Below, piece after piece: positions 15,401 through 20,000 of a stretch of DNA of 20,000 bases. Below the pieces are notes generated by a model. That model made no database searches, was not told the DNA's origin, and worked only from the letters and a program-made list of their open reading frames with translations. The stretch comes from an uncultured virus (IMG/VR IMGVR_UViG_3300030376_004332) (Duplodnaviria; Heunggongvirae; Uroviricota; Caudoviricetes), in IMG/VR virus record IMGVR_UViG_3300030376_004332; one strand, written 5' to 3'. Within the stretch, counting starts at the first letter, position 1; each line of letters opens with the position of its first letter. A program made the translations under genes and the position numbers.

Positions 15401-17293
15401 AGAACTATTTGCAACTGTCATTGCTAAATGTGTATCACCATCATAGTAAGAACGCATTTTAGTTTGCTTTGGTGTAGGCCCATCAAAGATTATGTAGTTG
15501 CCATTAGTTAATTGGATGTTGCCGCTGTCGACATGAAGTTTTTCTGCTGGACTTGTTGTTCCAATACCTACGTTACCATTTGCGATGACTCTTAACCTTT
15601 CGGTGCTGTTAGTCTCAATTTTGATATAATTATTACCCCCAGATCCCCATATTTTATTTGCTGTTCCGCCCCACTGAATAGCATAAGCTGAGTCTAACTC
15701 TATGTTTCCAGCAGATATGTCTAACTTTTGAGATGGAGCATCTGTTCCTATACCAACGTTGCCACTTCCGTCAACTATCAGAGCAGAATTACTACCATCA
15801 AGAACTTGCAAAGCATCGCCAGAACCATCGTTTCTAATTCTTACAGTTGGTTGTGTAGATGATGTGTTTTCATCTGTAAAATAAACAAGTGCTTCAGTGT
15901 TTGCTTGGGCTTCATTCCTTATAACTTGTAAACCCCTTGTTGTCGCTGTTTGCTTTATTTCTAATTTTGCAGAAGGGTTTGTTAACCCTATTCCTACATT
16001 ACCAGCAGAGTCAATGCGCATTCTTTCCGATGTACCTGTTACATCGATGACAAAATTGCCATCACCAAATGTAAGGTTATCAGAAGAGTTCATTGAGACA
16101 GCAGATATAACTCCACCACCTGCTGTTTCTGTTAAGAAGGATCTTGTGTTGTCTACACGAACATCTCCACCTTCAAGCTGAAGCATTGCTTGCCCTGCTG
16201 TTCCACCAATCGTTATGTTGCCACCGCCATGTATTCTTAATCTTTCGGTGTTAGATGTACCTAATATTAAACTACCGTTGTAATGATTGATTATTGAAGC
16301 TGCATCAGTCGAAGAATTATTAAATAATTTTAGACCTTGAGAAGCTGTTGCGCTTGACGCAATGACAATACCCTCAGTAGTTGAGCCATTAACTCTAACT
16401 GAACCCTTTGTCGTGGTCTTTAAATTTCCATCGAAGCGTATTACCTCACTACCTCCTGCCGTAATAGCTATATTATTAGCAGTGGGTCGGAATATTCCTG
16501 TGTCGCTATCTGCATTAAATCTAACGCTTGGAGATGAAGCAGTACCGTCACCATGATAAACAGTGTTAACTTTTAAATTACCTAACGTACCGCTAAAAAC
16601 TTCTGCGCTGTTTGTAGCCGCAGTTAAAAATGTAAAAGCACTTTCAGAATCGTCGTAACCAAAGAAACCTTTCTTTGCTGAACCATCGTAGTAATGAAAC
16701 TCTACGCCCCTATCTTTGTTGTCATCAGATGACGGTGCAGATACCCCACCTAGAGTAAACACTGGATCGGATACCGATACAGACGAACTCGAAAAAGTTG
16801 TCGTTGTCCCACTAACATCTAGGTCACCATTAACGGTTAACTTTCCAGTTACTGTAGCCCCTAAATTTGTTGTTTCTACTTTCTTTGCGTTATTGTAATA
16901 AAGATCTACAGAACCGTCTGGCGTAAAAATCGCCATGTTTTCTGAAGTACCTTTTGTTAGCCTTATGCTATCTCCATCTGTTTCGATTGTTAGCCTTCCT
17001 GTTCCTGTGTCAGATATTCTGCTCTGTGAACCATCGTGATAAAGCTGTAGGTCTCCATCTGCACCTAACTTTATTTTTGCGTTATCACTAAGTTCAAGTG
17101 AGTCATCGCTAGAATCCCACAACATGTAGCGAGAAGCAGTATCCCCGAAAAACTTTACGTCATGTCCTGCGTCATCAACCCCTATGTTGAGTGGGCCTGT
17201 TACAGTACCTCCTCCAGCTAGAGAAGAACCCGCAATCGTGGTTATTGATAAAGTGTCTAAGGACTGTGTTACAGTAAGTGTAGCATCTGACAT
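9434..17293 (-). CDS. Giant repetitive tail fibre / receptor-binding-like virion protein (2619 aa as assembled)
   Basis: G/D/S/T/N-rich; GNVGIG beta repeats, YNNxKKxETT and GDLxxxGTTTT modules typical of phage fibres; 20 copies of a DxDIxFxxDDGSGGxxxYFxLDGS repeat; TAATG coupling to the upstream gene. Contains a 10-N gap, so true length is uncertain. Confidence 0.8.
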   Translation of the reverse strand: MSDATLTVTQSLDTLSITTIAGSSLAGGGTVTGPLNIGVDDAGHDVKFFGDTASRYMLWDSSDDSLELSDNAKIKLGADGDLQLYHDGSQSRISDTGTGRLTIETDGDSIRLTKGTSENMAIFTPDGSVDLYYNNAKKVETTNLGATVTGKLTVNGDLDVSGTTTTFSSSSVSVSDPVFTLGGVSAPSSDDNKDRGVEFHYYDGSAKKGFFGYDDSESAFTFLTAATNSAEVFSGTLGNLKVNTVYHGDGTASSPSVRFNADSDTGIFRPTANNIAITAGGSEVIRFDGNLKTTTKGSVRVNGSTTEGIVIASSATASQGLKLFNNSSTDAASIINHYNGSLILGTSNTERLRIHGGGNITIGGTAGQAMLQLEGGDVRVDNTRSFLTETAGGGVISAVSMNSSDNLTFGDGNFVIDVTGTSERMRIDSAGNVGIGLTNPSAKLEIKQTATTRGLQVIRNEAQANTEALVYFTDENTSSTQPTVRIRNDGSGDALQVLDGSNSALIVDGSGNVGIGTDAPSQKLDISAGNIELDSAYAIQWGGTANKIWGSGGNNYIKIETNSTERLRVIANGNVGIGTTSPAEKLHVDSGNIQLTNGNYIIFDGPTPKQTKMRSYYDGDTHLAMTVANSSVLDLTSSSINVPDNVFMQFGGGGAGDLRILHDGTNSFIKNHTGNLNIQNRADDKDIVFSCDDGSGGNETYFYLDGSASSGNPITVFPDNSILQIGGDFDLRISHDGTDSTINNYTGNLIIKNSADDKDIIFQSDDGSGGVETYFFLDGSASAGEPYTVFPDDSILSFGTNSDFTIKHNATDTYLKNLTGDLYIRNDSNDKDIIFQSDDGSGGVETYFFLDGSLNTDSTPKTVFPDHSKLLFGSGNFDLRIYHDATDSRIENNTGDLYVINYTDDKDIHFQCDDGSGGVTDYLKISGANNDIRAYKNIKLSDNSKAIFGDGSDFQIFHTGTNTTMLDQGTGALVIASNNLRVLSANQSETLFEATEDGAVELYYNNSKKFETSSTGATMGGNLVMGGNHLMLANSGRVRLGDSNDLDIYHDGTNTRIENDTGDLIIENGGDDIKILAEDDVVIRDNDDSTNMAQFINGGAVELFHNGTKKFETTASGATVSGDLSLTGTAPILYVNSSNATSGLRINVTGLDGDTDTLFRVQDNGTNRFRVEKDGDTLITGGLVVEGDLTIQGTTTTIDTANLAVEDKNIIIGNVSSPSDTTADGGGFTLKGASDYTIAWTNSTDSWTFNQGIEIDVGSANAKGIKIGNDSYDASIIPTSLGGVAVSSSDNFLFYLNNAVRATFTTDGKLNFPDNGKITLGSGNDLEFVHTGSLSEIGNKTGDLFITNYTDDGDIIFRSDDGSGGVETYFLLDGSASSGNPIIRFPDNSLITLGTDNDCYLYHDGTDTRFQNNTGDLRIHNTADDKDVLLICDDGSGGNATYIQLDGSVTRNKLLQHTSFPDGKHLIFGAGDDFQLYHGGGDSYIRNYTGSLYIKNEQDDGDIIFQSDDGSGGVETYFLLDGSASSGNPITNFPDNSFLSFGSSHDFSIYHDSTNTYIANSTNDLYIQNNADDKDIIFRCDDGSGGVAEYFRLDGSSAGGGNTYTKWGDNDFISMGDGSDLYIYHNGTDTYLANGTGNFYITNGSDDNDIIFQCDDGSGGKETYFYLDGSNNTDGNPFTIFPDNSYLALGTGADLLVYHDGTDSWINNATGDLYIRNRDNDKDVIFQSDDGNGGNGTYFFLDGSYSASGYTWTVFPDQSVAAFGDSKDLRIYHAANSFIYNTVGNLEIINDANDGDITFKCDDGSGGTETYFFLDGSLNTDSTPKTXXXXSGNFDLRIYHDATDSRIENNTGDLYIINYTDNKDIIFQSDDGSGGVETYFYLDGSIDGGNPFTVFPDNARLSFGTNLDLRFTHDGSNSYIEQTGTGDLYIQQHNDDKDIVFQSDDASGGVTEYFRLDGSEAQSIFTRSVKLLDGVRLKVGTGADLNIYHDGVGVSSRIENETGPLYITNKANDADIYFQSDDGSGALLTYFYLDGSLADGTNTYTIFPDNRRLRFGSDLDLDIHHDGSNSFISQTGTGNLHIQQTVDDGDIIFKCDDGSGGTAEYFRVDGSEALTIFSYNTRHSDNVIARWGTGNDLNIYHDGSSSIIQNNTGHLDIKNDANDADIRFFCDNGSNGMTEYFRLDGSGAPHPRTVFPDNSTLQFGGVGEGLQIFNDGADSFVQENTRNLHIRSKGNGGKIIFESDDGSTGITEYFRIDGTSEDIQARKDVMVSTGKSIYFNGTSGLRILHDGSNSIITNEDTGDLTIQNSATDKDIIFRCDNGSGAEETYFFLDGSLSGGDPITVFPDDSYLAFGPDADMTLHHDGVDSKIRNQTGNLVIEQNANDKDIIFKCDDGSGGTTEYFYLDGSAGNILFGKELRLLDGVQLQMGSDNDFQVFHNGSNGAITNNTGNLIIKNNTDDGDIKFELDDGSGGIAQYMAFDGSLGLIQFDKDIALMDNVKLKFGVGSDLSIYHSGSLSYIRDLGTGGLHLQTNGPAIYFQDEEGYTMAQFTKDGGSILSYNQAVKFTTTSDGTKVTGAMAMTETTTPTATADVGKLYTKSDNKLYFQDGAGTEHEVAFV
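11712..11870. repeat. Near-exact direct repeat, copy A (copy B at 14583-14762)
   Basis: One mismatch over the called bases; copy A has 10 N where copy B has 31 nt. Confidence 0.9.
11806..11815. other. Assembly/scaffold gap (10 N)
   Basis: Run of ten n characters inside repeat copy A. Confidence 0.99.
14583..14762. repeat. Near-exact direct repeat, copy B (180 nt; copy A at 11712-11870)
   Basis: TCTGTATAATTTATAA...CTAAGAAGAAATAGGTTTCT is shared with copy A. Confidence 0.9.
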
Positions 17294-17688
17294 TATTTTA
17301 TTTCAGGTATTATGTCTAAGGTTAGTCTAAAGGAATGTTCTACAGAGCCCCCCGTTGTGGATATCTTTAAATCTCCAAAAACTCTATTAGCCTCATTAGG
17401 TAACAAAGCTGAATCAGCAGAAGACCAAATTAGTTTTATGTTAGGCCCTGTCTGAGCTCCATCGACAACAGGGTTAGGAAAAGTTATCCTATTGTTAGCA
17501 GTAGTTAGTGTATCAACTTCAGGCCCGTTAAAAGAGTTACCTATCTTTCTACGGATAACTAAAGAAGCAGTAAAGCCAGAAGTAAAATCTTTAGAGGTTT
17601 GAGTGCCACTGTTTACTGCTGGCATATACGTCAGCATAAACGTAGTTGCCCTACCTACTTTTAATTCTATGGGTACTGGTTCAGCCAT
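17293..17688 (-). CDS. Small beta-sandwich virion protein, probable fibre attachment/collar protein (T5 p132/LtfC-like)
   Basis: 131 aa; ELKVGRATTFMLTY...DFTSGFTASLVIRR...LTTANNRIT...IKLIWSSADSALL...GDLKI...IIPEI resembles small Ig-like proteins that precede fibre genes; translationally coupled to the giant fibre. Confidence 0.55.
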   Translation of the reverse strand: MAEPVPIELKVGRATTFMLTYMPAVNSGTQTSKDFTSGFTASLVIRRKIGNSFNGPEVDTLTTANNRITFPNPVVDGAQTGPNIKLIWSSADSALLPNEANRVFGDLKISTTGGSVEHSFRLTLDIIPEIK

Positions 17689-17712
17689 AATATACTTTTG
17701 TTTGTTAAATTG

Positions 17713-18762
17713 TTAATACATTCCTGACATACCTCCACCAACACCGTCAGGAGCAATATGTAAAGTTGGTTTAGCGGCTCCTCTATATGAATCGGTATCT
17801 GTTTCTAAAAGTTTAGCTACAGTTGCCCAATGATATTGAGCTCTTTGAATATCAGCATTATCTTCACTTAGCTTACCTAATAGAGCATGTTTTAAAACAG
17901 CATTAGCTGGCATATGTACTAAATCAGAAGCAGTGTCTACATCTACCCACTTACGTTTTAAAAGCATATGCGCTACTGAATTAGAATCAGTTCCTCCAAC
18001 TCTAAATCTTCTATACCTTGAGACTCCATTAGTAGAATTTATTTCAGACAAAAGTAAATCTTTAGTCGAATCACTAGAAGTTGAACCTCCTGCAACACCA
18101 TTATATTTAGCTGTTATCTGAATAGGATGATCTTCTTCAATACCAAGCCAAGTGATAGATAAAATATCAGTCACATCTTGGTTTGCAATCATATCTACAG
18201 AAGTTGATTGAGAGGCTCCTGCAAACGTCTTAGTAGCTTCATTATAAGAAACTCCTTCTAATTTTGTTTGACCAGCAACTAAAGCAGTTGATCCAGTACC
18301 TGTACCATCTTCATGTTTTCTATATTTAACTACAACAGTTCCACCACTGGGCTCTGTATTAAAATTAAGACCTTTTAAGGTATGATATTGGATTTTATAC
18401 TTGTTCCCTACTACAAGATCTCTATAAACAGGAGAATACCCATCGTCAATAAAAGCATGTATATTTGTTGTATCTTCTTTATTTGTCCCAAACAATTTAT
18501 AGTCATGCCATAAAGACCTAGTAGGTATGGGGTTATTATCTAAGATCCCCGCTACTATTGAATCCGTGTCTTGAGGGAGTGATATGTAGCCAGCAGAAGC
18601 GTCCTGTGTATGTTCTACAAGCATTTCTCTCCAAAACCCCATCTTATATATACGAGGCATAACCTCATTTAAAGCGTTACGGAAATCTTCTTGATGGGAA
18701 AATGAAGCGTCTAAGTATTGGGAATGGGTAGCAAATAGCTGTTCTGTAGTTTTAGCTGGCAC
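17713..18762 (-). CDS. Virion structural protein, possibly head-tail adaptor / tail tubular protein A-like
   Basis: 349 aa, GTG start; helical N-terminus (ALNEVMPRIYKMGFWR) then YISLPQDTDSI, beta-rich middle, helical C-terminus (MPANAVLKHALLG...AQYHWATVAKLL), which is the architecture of adaptor proteins. Family not confirmed. Confidence 0.5.
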   Translation of the reverse strand: MPAKTTEQLFATHSQYLDASFSHQEDFRNALNEVMPRIYKMGFWREMLVEHTQDASAGYISLPQDTDSIVAGILDNNPIPTRSLWHDYKLFGTNKEDTTNIHAFIDDGYSPVYRDLVVGNKYKIQYHTLKGLNFNTEPSGGTVVVKYRKHEDGTGTGSTALVAGQTKLEGVSYNEATKTFAGASQSTSVDMIANQDVTDILSITWLGIEEDHPIQITAKYNGVAGGSTSSDSTKDLLLSEINSTNGVSRYRRFRVGGTDSNSVAHMLLKRKWVDVDTASDLVHMPANAVLKHALLGKLSEDNADIQRAQYHWATVAKLLETDTDSYRGAAKPTLHIAPDGVGGGMSGMY

Positions 18763-18799
18763 GATACCTTAAATATAAAGGGATTTTAAGCTAATTCAA
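18763..18799 (-). promoter_or_regulatory. Sigma70-like promoter, near-leaderless
   Basis: Minus strand TTGAAT-N16-TATATT-N9-GTG; matches 9374-9410 in spacing and in the AAnGTATy before the start codon. Confidence 0.6.
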
Positions 18800-18816
18800 C
18801 TACCTAAGCAGATGTG

Positions 18817-19998
18817 CTATGGAATACTAGATATAAACAAAGGAGACCAATATACGTTCTCATATGTTATTTGCTCAATGGTTTTTGAATTTACCCCAGC
18901 GGCACTAGGATCATAAGAAACGCCTAGTTTTACATAATAAGTAGCTGTTCTGTCATCTTCTGAGTGCGTATCTCTTTTAAAAGAAGCCATTGCTGCTGTC
19001 TCACTATTAGCTGTTAAAGATGACATCTTCCCAAAGTCGTTTTGCAACTGCTCTGCTGTTTTAGTTGGGTCAGCATCTCTATGAATGCTAATTGCATCAG
19101 CGGCTATCGTAGCTCCTGAAGCACTCCCCGTAGGTAGTGTAATTGACCACTTTAAAAAGAATGAACCATGAGTTTCAGCTATAGACATTGTCTTAGCTTT
19201 AACTACGGTATCTTTATCGTTAGAGTCTTTTAAAGCCGTAAAACCTGTAGGTTCGATTTCATTGATAAATCCAGCTCCTTGATCTTGGTTTTTTACACAT
19301 ACAAATCTATCTGCTGCAGTAGGACTATTAACTAAGGCAGGTAAATCATGTGTGTGGCCTATCCCAGAACTTGAACCTGAAGCTGATATTGGTGGTAAAA
19401 CTGCAGATGAACCGTTTCTTACATTTCCTGTTGTGCCTGTTACTTTTTTATTATCCTCTTCTGTGGTGTAGTCTTTTACTCCTCCTGTTACCCCTGTTAC
19501 TTTCTTCACAGAAGTATAACCTTTTACATCTGTTGTTTCGCCTTCTACAATATGAGAATGGTTATCTTTAACGTAGGTATGATTATGGTTCCCACCACTT
19601 ATAGTATAGCTATGAGTGTGTGAATCTCCATAAGAACCCCCACTTCCAGTTACAGGGCCTCCCGTAGAACCACTATGAGTATGTTCTCCCGTGCCTCCTG
19701 TATTTACTGAAGACGGGGTAGTCGCTGGGACAGCTTGTAAGTTGTTTGAACCAGTCCCCGCTAAGTGCCTATGGTTAGGCATAAGTAAACCATCTTCAGA
19801 AGAATCTCTAGCGACGTGCTTATGTTCTGGTATAAAAACCTCTCCATTAGTTACGTCGTGTTGATGTTGGGGGAGTGTTAAACCAGATACAGTAAACGTA
19901 CTACCCGTCTCGTTGCTTGTTTTGGTAGCTCCACTTGTAGGTATAGTGCCGTAGGACGTTTCTCCTGTTGTGTCTGCTTGGATAACAACATTAAAGTT
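18817..19998 (-). CDS. His-x-His-rich, G/T/S-rich virion protein (fibre/spike needle-like); 5'-truncated by window edge
   Basis: Frame stays open from 19998 to the ATG at 19782 (NFNVVIQADTTGETSYG...LPQHQH...IPEHKH...MPNHRH); eight HxH motifs in total. Confidence 0.7.
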   Translation of the reverse strand, partial: NFNVVIQADTTGETSYGTIPTSGATKTSNETGSTFTVSGLTLPQHQHDVTNGEVFIPEHKHVARDSSEDGLLMPNHRHLAGTGSNNLQAVPATTPSSVNTGGTGEHTHSGSTGGPVTGSGGSYGDSHTHSYTISGGNHNHTYVKDNHSHIVEGETTDVKGYTSVKKVTGVTGGVKDYTTEEDNKKVTGTTGNVRNGSSAVLPPISASGSSSGIGHTHDLPALVNSPTAADRFVCVKNQDQGAGFINEIEPTGFTALKDSNDKDTVVKAKTMSIAETHGSFFLKWSITLPTGSASGATIAADAISIHRDADPTKTAEQLQNDFGKMSSLTANSETAAMASFKRDTHSEDDRTATYYVKLGVSYDPSAAGVNSKTIEQITYENVYWSPLFISSIP

Positions 19999-20000
19999 AT

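Noticed and set aside
17693..17700. TACTTTTG matching the Bacteroidota TAnnTTTG promoter element
   Set aside because: Single instance, antisense to the local genes, and expected by chance in AT-rich DNA; not used for host inference.
12532..19571. ORFs 12532-12732 (-), 15897-16181, 16362-16556, 16716-16898, 17933-18121 and 19350-19571 (+)
   Set aside because: Off-frame or antisense shadows inside long structural genes; composition is explained by the codon bias of the real gene.

Overview
AT-rich fragment of a tailed dsDNA phage (or prophage) genome with two convergent gene blocks meeting at ~6825. The + strand (1-6829) is a replication/recombination module: 5'-truncated SNF2-like helicase, Cas4/RecB-like PD-(D/E)XK exonuclease, probable ssDNA-binding protein, a small coiled-coil protein, a family A DNA polymerase of the Leu762 type, a primase (AEP-like) fused to an SF3 helicase, and a small conserved hypothetical. 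The - strand (20000-6823) is a late module: a truncated His-x-His-rich virion protein, a probable head-tail adaptor-like protein, a small fibre-attachment-like protein, a 2619-aa tail-fibre-like protein with 20 copies of a ~70-76-aa repeat (10-N scaffold gap inside), two small proteins, a lysis cassette (two 2-TM holin-like proteins, one missing from the ORF track; an overlapping Rz/Rz1-like pair; an Amidase_3 endolysin), a zincin-like protein and a PD-(D/E)XK nuclease. Most notable: the fibre repeats carry a DNA-level conserved quasi-palindrome (AGAAA-TAGG-TTTCT) at which mosaic identity tracts begin and end, suggesting module shuffling. Also notable are a twin stem-loop before the polymerase, a hairpin plus hexamer-repeat leader before the SSB-like gene, and near-leaderless sigma70-like promoters. 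All assignments come from reading motifs by eye; no database searches were run.
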